In this document: piece after piece, positions 7,875-16,696 of the stretch
Position numbering within the stretch: position 1 is the stretch's first letter
Layout: the number at the start of each line of letters is the position of its first letter
From: a virus
Lineage: Duplodnaviria > Heunggongvirae > Uroviricota > Caudoviricetes
DNA: 64,000 nt
Virus record (IMG/VR): IMGVR_UViG_2595698869_000001
Location: 43,214-107,213 of that record
Direction: 5' to 3' (one strand)
The notes under the pieces: model-generated
Database searches by the model: none
Seen by the model: the letters and a program-made list of their open reading frames with translations, nothing else
What the model was told of the DNA's origin: nothing
Program-made: the position numbers and the translations under genes

Positions 7875-8252
7875 AAGTATCTCCAGCGGCTGGATGCCGC
7901 AGTGCGATGCCTAAAGTCGAGTTTTCGACGTGTCCAGCCCCTTTGAAGTTGACACCCGCGACGCGGCCTGTCATACGTCACGACAGAGCGAACACCCCCC
8001 GGCCGGGTTTGTTGTCATACCGGGTCGTCACGCCCCGTCGGGGCTCTAGTAGCTCTTCGTGTGGAGTTTTCCGCCTCCCTCCCAGACAAGGAGGCGGACC
8101 CAACCAACATCGCGATCTCCCGTGATCGTCGGCGACGGGCGCCGTCAGAGACCTTTGCCTGCGCGGCTCCGCTGCGGCCCTGGTCTCGTCCCGACCAAAT
8201 TTTTTCGTCGTGGTGCTTGACACTGCGAAACTGTTCTGCTAGGGTTCACGTC

Positions 8253-8351
8253 ATGAGCAAGACCTATCGTCAATTTGTGCGCCAGATTCAGGTCGTCCGG
8301 AATATCCGGGCGGGCCGCTCGCGCATGGCTGACGAAGGGTTCAGGGACTAG
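8253..8351 (+). CDS. Putative leaderless 32-aa basic peptide (MSKTYRQFVRQIQVVRNIRAGRSRMADEGFRD)
   Basis: Preceded by TTGACA(8217)-N15-GCTAGGGT and followed by a terminator at ~8383-8420. Confidence 0.5.
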   Translation: MSKTYRQFVRQIQVVRNIRAGRSRMADEGFRD

Positions 8352-8453
8352 GTCCCACACCACGTTCAACCAGCTTTCGAGAGGCCCGCCTGGAAACCCC
8401 AGGCGGGCCTTTTTTCTTTTCCACTTTCGATCACGGAGATCGCCAACAGACAC

Positions 8454-8538
8454 GGATGCTTAAAGCTGGAGGGCTCCAGCCGGGGACTGTAAATCCCCTC
8501 TCTTCGGAGGAGTGGTTCGATCCCACAAGCATCCACCA
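8454..8538 (+). tRNA. tRNA-Tyr(GTA)
   Basis: GGGGA-CTGTAAA-TCCCC, long variable arm, ACCA. Confidence 0.88.
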
Positions 8539-8543
8539 ACCAC

Positions 8544-8619
8544 GGACTCGTAGCTCAGCAGGTAGAGCGCCGGCTTGAAACCCCGGAGGTCGGAGGTTCG
8601 ACTCCTCCCGTTTCCACCA
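8544..8619 (+). tRNA. tRNA-Phe(GAA)
   Basis: Cloverleaf, loop TTGAAAC, ACCA. Confidence 0.88.
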
Positions 8620-8624
8620 ACAAC

Positions 8625-8700
8625 GCCCGATGAGCCAGATGGGAAGGCGCCGCCGTGACATGGCGGGATTGAGAAGGTTCGATTCCTTCATCAGGCACCA
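8625..8700 (+). tRNA. tRNA-Val(GAC)
   Basis: CCGCC-GTGACAT-GGCGG, T arm, ACCA. Confidence 0.85.
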
Positions 8701-8702
8701 AT

Positions 8703-8778
8703 GCAAGTGTAGCTCAGTTGGTAGAGCAGCGGACCGATAATCCGCCCGTCCCTGGTTCGAGTCCAGGCATTTGCACCA
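8703..8778 (+). tRNA. tRNA-Ile(GAT)
   Basis: GCGGA-CCGATAA-TCCGC, ACCA. Confidence 0.88.
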
Positions 8779-8785
8779 GTTCTGA

Positions 8786-8860
8786 TGTGGCATAGCTCAG
8801 GGGTAGAGCGCGCGCTTGATAAGCGTGAGGTCGGGGGTTCGAAGCCCTCTGCCACTACCA
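8786..8860 (+). tRNA. tRNA-Ile(GAT), second copy
   Basis: Loop TTGATAA, T arm, ACCA. Confidence 0.88.
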
Positions 8861-8893
8861 GTTTCCAGGCCGGCGGAGATGCGCCGAACCTGA

Positions 8894-8969
8894 TGGCGTT
8901 TAGCATAGTGGGAGTGCAGGGGTGTCACATACCTCGATCGAACTGGTTCGATTCCAGTAACGCCAACCA
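8894..8969 (+). tRNA. tRNA-Val(CAC)
   Basis: GGGGT-GTCACAT-ACCTC, TGGCGTT/AACGCCA acceptor, ACCA. Confidence 0.82.
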
Positions 8970-8974
8970 AATGT

Positions 8975-9048
8975 TGAGGGTTCGTCTAACGGTAGGACGG
9001 CTGGGTCTGGTCCAGCTAATCTAGGTTCGAGTCCTAGCCCCTCATCCA
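8975..9048 (+). tRNA. tRNA-Gln(CTG)
   Basis: Loop TCTGGTC region, T arm, CCA. Confidence 0.88.
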
Positions 9049-9055
9049 AGTTTGT

Positions 9056-9129
9056 TCTCGGGTGGTCTAATGGTAAGACATCTGGTTTTGGTCCAGAGGA
9101 TTGGGGTTCGATTCCTTGGCCGAGAACCA
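9056..9129 (+). tRNA. tRNA-Gln(TTG)
   Basis: TCTGG-TTTTGGT-CCAGA, T arm, CCA. Confidence 0.88.
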
Positions 9130-9144
9130 ACTACTTGAGTTTAT

Positions 9145-9219
9145 TCCAGTCAATGCACAAGGTGTGCAGCGGCACTGTTAATGCCTGTGAGCCCGGTTCG
9201 ATTCCGGGGTCTGGAGCCA
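9145..9219 (+). tRNA. tRNA-Asn(GTT)
   Basis: GGCA-CTGTTAA-TGCC, G73, CCA. Confidence 0.85.
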
Positions 9220-9245
9220 ACACGCCGGCCGAGGCCGGCACATGC

Positions 9246-9328
9246 GCCCTGGTAACCGAGGGGGATTACGAATCCCTTAGTCGTAGCAGGAGTTGAAAAG
9301 GGTGGTTCGAATCCACTCCAGGGTGCCA
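9246..9328 (+). tRNA. D-armless tRNA-Arg(ACG)-like element
   Basis: GCCCTGG/CCAGGGT acceptor, GGGA-TTACGAA-TCCC, GTGG-TTCGAAT-CCAC, G-CCA; only ~8 nt in place of the D arm and a ~25-nt variable region. Confidence 0.45.
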
Positions 9329-9335
9329 AATTCAC

Positions 9336-9418
9336 AGCGCGCAGGCCGAGCAGGATCATCGTCAGGCGTCGCCCTCCGAAGGCGAAGAGGCCCGGTTCGA
9401 GTCCGGGGCGCGCTGCCA
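9336..9418 (+). tRNA. tRNA-Arg(CCG), expanded D region
   Basis: AGCGCGC/GCGCGCT acceptor, TCGCC-CTCCGAA-GGCGA, G-CCA. Confidence 0.8.
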
Positions 9419-9421
9419 TCC

Positions 9422-9499
9422 GCGCGGGTAGCTCAATGGACCCAGAGCAGCCGTCTTCTACACGGTGGGTTGGGGGTTCGAATCCCTCCCCGTGCGCCA
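9422..9499 (+). tRNA. tRNA-Arg(TCT)
   Basis: Cloverleaf, loop CTTCTAC, G-CCA. Confidence 0.9.
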
Positions 9500-9701
9500 A
9501 ACTTGACAGGCGATGTCGAATCGCCGAGGATCAAACCGTAGGCCTCTTCCCGTGGGCCTGACATATACGTCCGCCAGCACTGCCATTCCGCGTCAGCGGG
9601 CGCGGCGCGAGGAAGGGTTAACCCCTCGTTGTCACGCAGTCGGGTGGTGTGGACGTCCCAACGTGATCTTCGAACGCGGCATGCCGTGGAGGGGTGATCG
9701 G

Positions 9702-9836
9702 ATGGCGAACCAAGGGACACCTTCTTATCCTGGCCTGGGTCGCATGAGGCTCCGCTGGGAGAAACGGCCTGACCCGACCGGAGGTGCGTTCAGGATGCCG
9801 GCTCCCCATGCCAGAGCCTCGTGGACTAGGGTCTGA
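9702..9836 (+). CDS. Possible 44-aa protein behind a structured ~170-nt leader
   Basis: GGAGG upstream of ATG 9702; TTGACA at 9503. Confidence 0.3.
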   Translation: MANQGTPSYPGLGRMRLRWEKRPDPTGGAFRMPAPHARASWTRV

Positions 9837-9891
9837 AATTTTTCTGGCGCTGATGTGTTGACACTCCTCGGAGGCTCGGCTAAAACCAGCA

Positions 9892-9989
9892 GCGTCAGAG
9901 CGGCGTTGGACCACGAGGTCCGCCGCGAGCTTCTGCGTTGTCGTCAGGAACGGCCCGCCAGCAATCCCGCTGGCGGGTCGTTTCGTTTT
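9892..9989 (+). ncRNA. Candidate ~100-nt small RNA
   Basis: TTGACA(9858)-N15-GCTAAAAC promoter, long irregular hairpin, terminator GCCCGCCAGC/GCTGGCGGGT plus T-rich tail; no ATG ORF. Confidence 0.45.
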
Positions 9990-10109
9990 GGGCGCAATGC
10001 GACGTTCAGTCCAACCATGGGTAGTGTCATGAATCTTGACTTTCGGCGCTTATTCCGGTAGCTTTCCCGACATCAGCAAACGCTCACAAGTCGGGGACCG
10101 AGAGCCGTC

Positions 10110-10526
10110 ATGTCGCAAGACCACAACGGCTCGTCCTCGGGCCAAGAACGCATCTACCAGAAACTGGATGAGCTTGGCTCCATGCACGCGCGCACCCGTG
10201 AAGATATTGCCCGCATCCAGGAGATGATGCGAGCGGTCGGTTCGTCGCAGGAGCGGATCGAAAAGCGCCAGGACCATTTCGAGCGCGAAATCTGGCGTGA
10301 GATGGAAGATCGCGCCGCGCGCACGAGCGCCCAACTCGACGAGATCAAGAGCCACACCAACCTGCGCATCGAGGAGATCGAGGCCAAGGTCGACACGATC
10401 CGCGAGGAACGGATCGCCGAGAAGGCCCAGTGGCGCGGCCCCGAGAAGGCCATCGCCGCCCTGGTCGCCGTCGCCGGGGCCATCGCCGCCTTCGCCACGA
10501 TCCTCACTTTCCTGAAGGGACACTAG
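10110..10526 (+). CDS. Coiled-coil protein with C-terminal transmembrane helix (138 aa)
   Basis: Heptad-rich sequence then AIAALVAVAGAIAAFATILTFL; downstream of promoter motif 10026. Confidence 0.8.
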   Translation: MSQDHNGSSSGQERIYQKLDELGSMHARTREDIARIQEMMRAVGSSQERIEKRQDHFEREIWREMEDRAARTSAQLDEIKSHTNLRIEEIEAKVDTIREERIAEKAQWRGPEKAIAALVAVAGAIAAFATILTFLKGH

Positions 10527-10618
10527 GACTTATAGTCAAGCTTGGGTGCCTGCGGCCAGAAGTCGCGCTTCTTGACACCCGATCTGGGCCGGCATAACCA
10601 TAGGGCCATCGTTCCTGG

Positions 10619-10840
10619 GTGGAGTTTTCCCTAATGGCTGTCGCGCTTACTGTCGTCTCGGTTGAGACCGAATCTACCATCCAAGGTGTTGACCCCGACG
10701 CGGCGCATGTCCGCCTGATCGAGGTCCTGCATACCGCCGCAGAAGCGGGTCTTGGGGAAATGACGTTGGAAGTCAAAGCGGAGATCGCGGCGCTGCTCCA
10801 GCAGGCGTCCGTGGAACTCTCCCACTGCCGGCCGGTGTAG
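10619..10840 (+). CDS. Hypothetical protein (73 aa)
   Basis: Helical protein-like ORF; true start may be ATG 10634. Confidence 0.55.
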   Translation: MEFSLMAVALTVVSVETESTIQGVDPDAAHVRLIEVLHTAAEAGLGEMTLEVKAEIAALLQQASVELSHCRPV

Positions 10841-10874
10841 GGGTCCCGTAAATCGCCATCCCAGAGGGAGCGAC

Positions 10875-11741
10875 GTGTCCGAGTCTGCTGAGTTCAACCC
10901 GCTCGACCAAAATCAGTTCCCTCCTCGCCTCACCAAGGCTGCTGCGCGACAGGCGCGGCGCCAGGAGCGCAGCCAGAAAAAGGACCCCACGGCCAACAAG
11001 CCGAACTACAAGGCGCTCGAAGCCAAGACCGAACGCCAACGGCGCTATATCCAGGCCCTCAAGGCGGGTGAAAGCGTCATCGCCATTGGCGGGGCCGGCA
11101 CGGGGAAGACCTACATCCCGTCCCGGCTCTTCGCCAAGAAGCTGATCGAGGCGAAGATCGAACGCCTGATCATCGCCCGCGTCACCGCCTCGCGTCCCAA
11201 GCACGCCCTGGGCTTCCTGCCCGGCAAGCTGGAAGCCAAGCTCGCCCCGTGGCTCGTCCCGGTCATCGAGGGCGTCAAGGCCGAGATGAACGCCCAGACC
11301 TACACTCAGTTGCAGGAAGCCGGCAAGATCGAGTTCGCCTCGTTCGAGCACATGCGCGGCCGGACCTTCGCCGAGTGCTGCGTCCTCCTCGACGAGGCGC
11401 AGAACGCCGACTACAAGGACCTGAAGATGGTCCTGACCCGCTGGGGCGAGAACGCCCAATACGCGGTCACCGGCGACATCGACCAGATCGACGTCGACGA
11501 CTCGGGCCTGGAGACGGTCGTCGACATCGTCGAGACCCACGATATCCCGATCCACGTGATCGAGTTCACCGACGAGGACGTGGTCCGCTCGCCCATGGCC
11601 AAGGCCTGGGTCAAGGCGTTCTCCGCCCATGAGGGCAAGGACGAGCGGGCGCGGCGCTTCCACCGCCCCACTGTCAGGAATCTTGACGTCCTGCCGGCTT
11701 TTATCGATAATGGCCGAGTCACGAAACCCGTGGCGTCGTGA
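10875..11741 (+). CDS. phoH: PhoH-family ATPase
   Basis: GGAGTGKT P-loop, LGFLPGKLEAK, HMRGRTF, LLDEAQN, VTGDIDQ motifs. Confidence 0.95.
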   Translation: MSESAEFNPLDQNQFPPRLTKAAARQARRQERSQKKDPTANKPNYKALEAKTERQRRYIQALKAGESVIAIGGAGTGKTYIPSRLFAKKLIEAKIERLIIARVTASRPKHALGFLPGKLEAKLAPWLVPVIEGVKAEMNAQTYTQLQEAGKIEFASFEHMRGRTFAECCVLLDEAQNADYKDLKMVLTRWGENAQYAVTGDIDQIDVDDSGLETVVDIVETHDIPIHVIEFTDEDVVRSPMAKAWVKAFSAHEGKDERARRFHRPTVRNLDVLPAFIDNGRVTKPVAS

Positions 11742-11758
11742 CAAAGACGTAGCGCACC

Positions 11759-12280
11759 ATGGCCTTCACCTTCGTTGTTGAGACTGGCGCCGGCGACCCG
11801 GCCGCGAACTCGTACTGCGACGTGCAGTTCGCGGACGACTACATCTACGCCAATGTCTACGCCAACACCGCCTGGGACGCGCTGGATCAGGACGGCAAGG
11901 AACGTTTTCTGGTCCGGGCGTCCAAGTACCTCGACCGCACGATCGCCTGGGCCGGGGAGAAGGTCGACGAGGATTCCGGCCTGCGCTGGCCGCGCGCCGG
12001 GGTCTATGACATCGACGGCTTCCTGATCCCCAGCGACGCGATCCCCCAGCAACTCATGGAGGCCACCGCCGAGATGGCGGCGGCCCTCATGAACAACGAC
12101 TGGACCTCGCCGCAGACCACGCGCGGCATGAAGGAAATCCAGGTCGACGTCATCGAACTGAAGTTCGACAGCGAAATCCAGCGCGGCTCCATGCCCGACA
12201 TCGTCATGTCGATCCTCGAAGGTCTGGGGGTCGTCAAGACCGGCACCCGCCCGGCCTTCAAGAAGATCATTCGCCACTAA
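11759..12280 (+). CDS. Head-tail adaptor (DnaT-like/connector family)
   Basis: FVVETGAG...ANSY, LRWPR motif; first gene of the neck cluster. Confidence 0.75.
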   Translation: MAFTFVVETGAGDPAANSYCDVQFADDYIYANVYANTAWDALDQDGKERFLVRASKYLDRTIAWAGEKVDEDSGLRWPRAGVYDIDGFLIPSDAIPQQLMEATAEMAAALMNNDWTSPQTTRGMKEIQVDVIELKFDSEIQRGSMPDIVMSILEGLGVVKTGTRPAFKKIIRH

Positions 12281-12672
12281 TGGCCCTCGAAGCCTTCATC
12301 CGTTCCCAGGTCGTCATCGCCTTCAACCAGCTTGACGACATCGCCAAGCGCTGGACCTACGTCCAACGCTCGGGCGATCCGGTGCGTGATGTCGAGAGCG
12401 GCGTGACCACCTATCCTTCCACCGAGATCGTCATTCCCAAAGCGGTCAAGGTGCGGTTCAAGAAGGACGAGAAGGACGCCCACGGCCAGACCCTGGTGGG
12501 CGAGAAGGTCCTGTTCCCCCGCGTCTTCCTGCCGGGCGACTTCGAGACCGCGACCTCCGACTACCTCGTCGACCAGAACGGCATCATCTGGGAGATCATG
12601 AGTGACCTGGGCGACCCGGCCTCGGCGCTGGCGATGTTCCAGGTCCGCAGCACGCGGAAGAAGACCCCGTGA
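12280..12672 (+). CDS. Head closure/head-tail joining protein
   Basis: 130 aa, position between adaptor and neck genes, overlapping stop/start. Confidence 0.65.
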   Translation: MALEAFIRSQVVIAFNQLDDIAKRWTYVQRSGDPVRDVESGVTTYPSTEIVIPKAVKVRFKKDEKDAHGQTLVGEKVLFPRVFLPGDFETATSDYLVDQNGIIWEIMSDLGDPASALAMFQVRSTRKKTP

Positions 12673-13142
12673 AGTCGGGCGGAGCCAAGCTCAGCTTCTA
12701 CACCGACGGGAACCTGGAGGCGGCGTTCAAGCGCTTCTTCGCCACCGCCGAGAAGCGCTATGACGAGCGGGCCGATCGCCTGCTGATCAAGCTGAACGAA
12801 CTGATCCTGGCCCGCACCCCGGTGTGGGAGGGCGACACCATCCATAACTGGCGCTGGTCGACGCGTGCCCCGGACATGCGCCACGAGGCCCCGCTAGACA
12901 ACGGCGATCCGGGCCGCACGAGCGAGATGGACCTGGGCCAGGAGCCGCGCCGCCGCGTCAACGAGACGCGCCCCCGCCAGTCGCTGGCCGGCGCCCTGCG
13001 CGCCAAGGAGCCGATCGACATCTATCTGACCAACACCGCCGAGAGCGCGGTCGATCTCGAATACGGCCTGCTCCCGACCAGGGCGCAGAGCCGAAACAAG
13101 ATGGGGATGGTCCGAATCTCGATTAAAGAGGTGTTCGGATGA
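12669..13142 (+). CDS. Neck/tail completion protein (HK97 gp10-like)
   Basis: RTPVWEG...NW and IYLTN...LEYG motifs typical of this family; synteny. Confidence 0.7.
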   Translation: MKSGGAKLSFYTDGNLEAAFKRFFATAEKRYDERADRLLIKLNELILARTPVWEGDTIHNWRWSTRAPDMRHEAPLDNGDPGRTSEMDLGQEPRRRVNETRPRQSLAGALRAKEPIDIYLTNTAESAVDLEYGLLPTRAQSRNKMGMVRISIKEVFG

Positions 13143-13213
13143 TCCCCGCCTTCATCATCCTGCCGCGCGTCTATCTCGCCGCGTGGCTGTCGTTCTGGCT
13201 GGGAGAGGACTGA
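13139..13213 (+). CDS. 24-aa hydrophobic mini-protein (MIPAFIILPRVYLAAWLSFWLGED)
   Basis: ATGA overlap with the upstream stop and TGATG overlap with the downstream start. Confidence 0.55.
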   Translation: MIPAFIILPRVYLAAWLSFWLGED

Positions 13214-13668
13214 TGCTCGAACACGACATGCTCCGGCAAGTCCTGGAGCAGCAGGCCGTCGCCGCCGCCCCGACGATCGGGCTGAAGCTGAACTTCGACA
13301 ACTCCGAATTCGTCCAGCCCAAGGACGGCGCGCACTGGGCCGAGTTCTGGGTCCAGACGGGCAACACCGTGCCCTGCGAGGTCGCTGGCCCGCGCGGCTA
13401 CGAAAAGACCTCGGGCCTGATCCAGTTCACGCTCAAGGCCCCCGAGGAAGAAGGCAACGGCGCGATCCTCAAGAAGGCCGGCGCGCTCAAGAAGGTCTTC
13501 AACCGCCGCCAATGGGTCGTGGCGCCGGACGGCTATGTCACCCTCGACCCGATCTCGGTCCAGTCGCACGGCAAGCCGATCGACGGCTTCTATAATGTCG
13601 TGGTCTGGGCGACCCTCTGGTTCTACCACCGCGATCCCGACGCCGACGATCGCTGGATTCGCGGTTGA
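13213..13668 (+). CDS. Tail terminator protein
   Basis: Start placed at ATG 13213 (GGAGAGG RBS); G..Q..G.IQF.L..P..G.G pattern; directly before the tube gene. Confidence 0.75.
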   Translation: MLEHDMLRQVLEQQAVAAAPTIGLKLNFDNSEFVQPKDGAHWAEFWVQTGNTVPCEVAGPRGYEKTSGLIQFTLKAPEEEGNGAILKKAGALKKVFNRRQWVVAPDGYVTLDPISVQSHGKPIDGFYNVVVWATLWFYHRDPDADDRWIRG

Positions 13669-13811
13669 CCGCGTCTTTCACGCCGGCTAAGGTCGTGAAT
13701 CTTGACATTTCCCAAAGTCTAGGGTAGGGTCACCACACTTGCGATGCAGGGCCGGGTCGGCACGCTCGCTGACCCCCTTTTGTCACAAAACCGTGGATTG
13801 GTGACCTGCCC

Positions 13812-15644
13812 ATGGCTGCATCGTTCTTCGCCGACTCCAACCGCGCGCGGATGCGCTACATCAAGGAGAACAACGTTGTCTGGGGCGTGACCCCCGCCAG
13901 CGGCGTCTCCCGTGAACTGCGGTACACCGGCTCCACCGTCAACGCCCAGAAGGACACGACCCTCTCGGAAGAAATCCGTGCTGACCGCATGGTGTCCGAG
14001 ATCGTCGAGGTCGCCGCGCGCACGACGGGCGAAATCAACATCGAATTCTCGGCCGGCTCGCACGACGACCTGCTGGAAGCCTTCATGTACGGCGCCTGGA
14101 CGCGCCCGATGACCTTCGACTCGGTCCAAGGCGTCTCGCTCGAATGGGCCGACACCGACACCCTGTACGTCAAGGGCAAGAACGTCACGCCCTACTTCTT
14201 CGCCGGCCGCCGCGTCCGTACCCAGGGCTTCATCAACGTCGCCAACAACGGCTACTGGCAGATCGACACGATCACCTTCAACGCCGGCGCCAACCGCACC
14301 GAGATCAACATGTCGACGTCGACCGCTGTCGCTGAGCGCGGCACGGCCTACTCGGCGCTCTACGACGCCAACGACGTCATCGTGCTGAACAACACCGCCA
14401 TCCGCGCCGGCACCGGCGGCGAGGCGGCGTTCGACTCCAACGGCACCAACGCCTTCGCTGCGGCGATCGCGGCGGGCCAACTGTCGGTCGGCCAGAAGAT
14501 TTTCGTCGAAGGCCTGGGCTTCGAGACCGGCACGGTCGTCCTGGCTGGTCTGCCGACCGCCGGCGCCCGCGTCCAGATCAGCGACGGCGTCAAGACGGTT
14601 CCCTTCCAGTTCGGCGGTTCGGCGGCTCAGCCGACCGTGGTCGTCGCCCTGGGCGCCGACGAGACGGAGACCGCTCAGAACCTCGCCGACGCGATCAACA
14701 AGCTGCGCGTGCGCAAGCAACTGGAAGTCGGGGCCTCGGCCGCGACCGGCACCGTGACCCTGCGCAACCTGCTGGTCACCGGCGGCTCGATCATCGAGAC
14801 CGTGGCCGACGCCAACGTCACCGTGACCAACTTCTCGGGCGGCGACGCCTCGCTGCGCGGCGTGTTCACGATCGAAGCGCTGACCGACGACAAGATCACC
14901 GTCAACCCGGCGCCCGCGACCCTGGCCAACACGACGGCCAAGGTCAACATCAAGGGCTCGATGCTCCGTAACCCGTTCGACCCGGACGTGATCACGGCGC
15001 AGTCGTTCACCTTCGAGACCGGCTTCGAGGACGTCGACCAATACTACCTCGCCGACGGCATGCGGATCGGCACGGTCGCGCTGAACATCGCGGCCAACTC
15101 GATCCTGACGGGCTCGTTCGGTCTGCAAGGCCGCGCCTCGACCCGTCAGAACACCTCCAAGCTCGGCGAAGCGCCCTACACCGCGCTCCAGACGACCGCG
15201 ACGCCCGTGGCCAACGCCACCGTCAACGTCGGCAAGATCGCCATGAACGGCGAAGAACTGTCGACCGCCGTGCAGTCGATCGCCATCAACGGCACGAACA
15301 ACCTGCGTGACCAGATGGCCGTGGGCTACAAGTTCCCCGCCGGCATCGGCGCGGGCCGCATGGAAATCTCCGGCTCGCTGGTCGCCTACTTCGCCGACGG
15401 CAACCTGTGGGACAAGTTCATCAACCACGAGACCGTCTCGGTGAGCTTCCCGCTGACCGACGTGCTGGGCAACCACTACGAGTTCACGATCCCGGCGGCG
15501 AACTTCTCGACCGACACCGTGAACCCGGCCGGCGGCAACCAGGACATCATGGAGAACCTGGAATACACCGCCAAGCGCGACCCGGTCACCGACTGCCAGT
15601 TCCAGATCGACCGCTACTCCTCGATCTTCGCGAACACGAACTAA
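13812..15644 (+). CDS. Major tail tube protein (610 aa, with inserted domains)
   Basis: N-terminal ELRYTG...SEEIRADRM...GEINIEFS and C-terminal GRMEISGSLVAYF tube motifs; own promoter motif at 13692. Confidence 0.88.
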   Translation: MAASFFADSNRARMRYIKENNVVWGVTPASGVSRELRYTGSTVNAQKDTTLSEEIRADRMVSEIVEVAARTTGEINIEFSAGSHDDLLEAFMYGAWTRPMTFDSVQGVSLEWADTDTLYVKGKNVTPYFFAGRRVRTQGFINVANNGYWQIDTITFNAGANRTEINMSTSTAVAERGTAYSALYDANDVIVLNNTAIRAGTGGEAAFDSNGTNAFAAAIAAGQLSVGQKIFVEGLGFETGTVVLAGLPTAGARVQISDGVKTVPFQFGGSAAQPTVVVALGADETETAQNLADAINKLRVRKQLEVGASAATGTVTLRNLLVTGGSIIETVADANVTVTNFSGGDASLRGVFTIEALTDDKITVNPAPATLANTTAKVNIKGSMLRNPFDPDVITAQSFTFETGFEDVDQYYLADGMRIGTVALNIAANSILTGSFGLQGRASTRQNTSKLGEAPYTALQTTATPVANATVNVGKIAMNGEELSTAVQSIAINGTNNLRDQMAVGYKFPAGIGAGRMEISGSLVAYFADGNLWDKFINHETVSVSFPLTDVLGNHYEFTIPAANFSTDTVNPAGGNQDIMENLEYTAKRDPVTDCQFQIDRYSSIFANTN

Positions 15645-15795
15645 GGGCTTAGTCACGATTCCCCCGAATCGTGACAGCCCCCACCCGCTTCCCCCGATAG
15701 ACCAAAGTCCCCAGGACAGAAGTCTCAGCGCTGAGCAGGGCCGCCCGGAAATCGGGGCCGGGCGGCCCACCCTCCCCGATACGGAATCCCCGAAC

Positions 15796-16224
15796 ATGAC
15801 CGACAAGATCAAGATCGACATGCTGGACCTCTTCTCGACCGATCGCGAGTCGGAAGAAGCGGGCGTCTGGATTTACCTGGACGAGGCCGAGCAGACCGGT
15901 TTCAAGATTCGCGCCCTGGGCGCCAAGGCGGTCCTCGACCTGCGCGAGGAACTGACCAAGAAGTACCAGTCTCTGATCCGCGCGGGCGGCAAGCTCCCGG
16001 ACGAGAAGGTCGAGGAAATCAACCTGAAGGTCATCGCCGGCGGCGTGCTGGCGGACTGGAAGGGCATCATCGTCGGCGGCGAGGAAATCCCCTACAGCGC
16101 CGAGGCGGCCTACACGGTCCTGAGCAACCCGAAGCTGGGCAAGATGTCCGCCTTCATCGCTCAGCACTCGATGGACGCCCAGAACTATCGCGACGACGCC
16201 CGTGAGGACGCCGCAAAAAACTAA
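15796..16224 (+). CDS. Tail assembly chaperone (G-like)
   Basis: Between tube and tape measure; ends in slippery A-AAA-AAC immediately before the stop. Confidence 0.85.
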   Translation: MTDKIKIDMLDLFSTDRESEEAGVWIYLDEAEQTGFKIRALGAKAVLDLREELTKKYQSLIRAGGKLPDEKVEEINLKVIAGGVLADWKGIIVGGEEIPYSAEAAYTVLSNPKLGKMSAFIAQHSMDAQNYRDDAREDAAKN

Positions 16225-16691
16225 CGGCGGCTCTGGAGTTCACGCTCAGCCAGAAGCACGGGGGTAGCGGGCGCGTCAAGTCGGCGGCCCGCGCCCCCAA
16301 TGCCGAATCGCCTGACGACTGGCTGGCGCGGATCAAGGCTCAGAACTCCGGCCCTCCGCCGAGCGCGGACGACGAGTTCGACCTGAACGCAGAGCCGAAG
16401 GGGATTGAGCCCTATCCGGACCTCCTGTGGGTCTGGGACGGTTTCTGGCGCCTCTCGAACAAACGCCCCAACGGCATGTCTGGCCCGATGCGGATTCCGA
16501 CCTCGGAGATCGAGGCTTTCACCCGCATCCGGCGCTGGGACTACGCCAAGAGCAACGAATTCCTGTTCTACGTCGACATGATGGACGAGGTCTACATGGC
16601 CCACGTCGCCAAGGTCCTCGAAGAGCAGGAGCGCCAGCGAGAAACCGCCGCCAACAAGCCCCCGATCCACAATAAGCGGGGCCGCCGATAG
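15796..16691 (+). CDS. Extended tail chaperone (GT-like) via -1 frameshift at 16215-16221
   Basis: The -1 frame is open from the slippery site to TAG 16691 (...KLTAALEFTL...LLWVWDGFWRLSNKRPNGMSGPMRIP...). Confidence 0.8.
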
Positions 16692-16696
16692 GATCA

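Noticed and set aside
8026-8033. GTCACGCC as antisense target of the C4-like GGCGTGAC
   Set aside because: The same 8-mer also occurs within coding regions of this GC-rich sequence, so the match is not significant alone.
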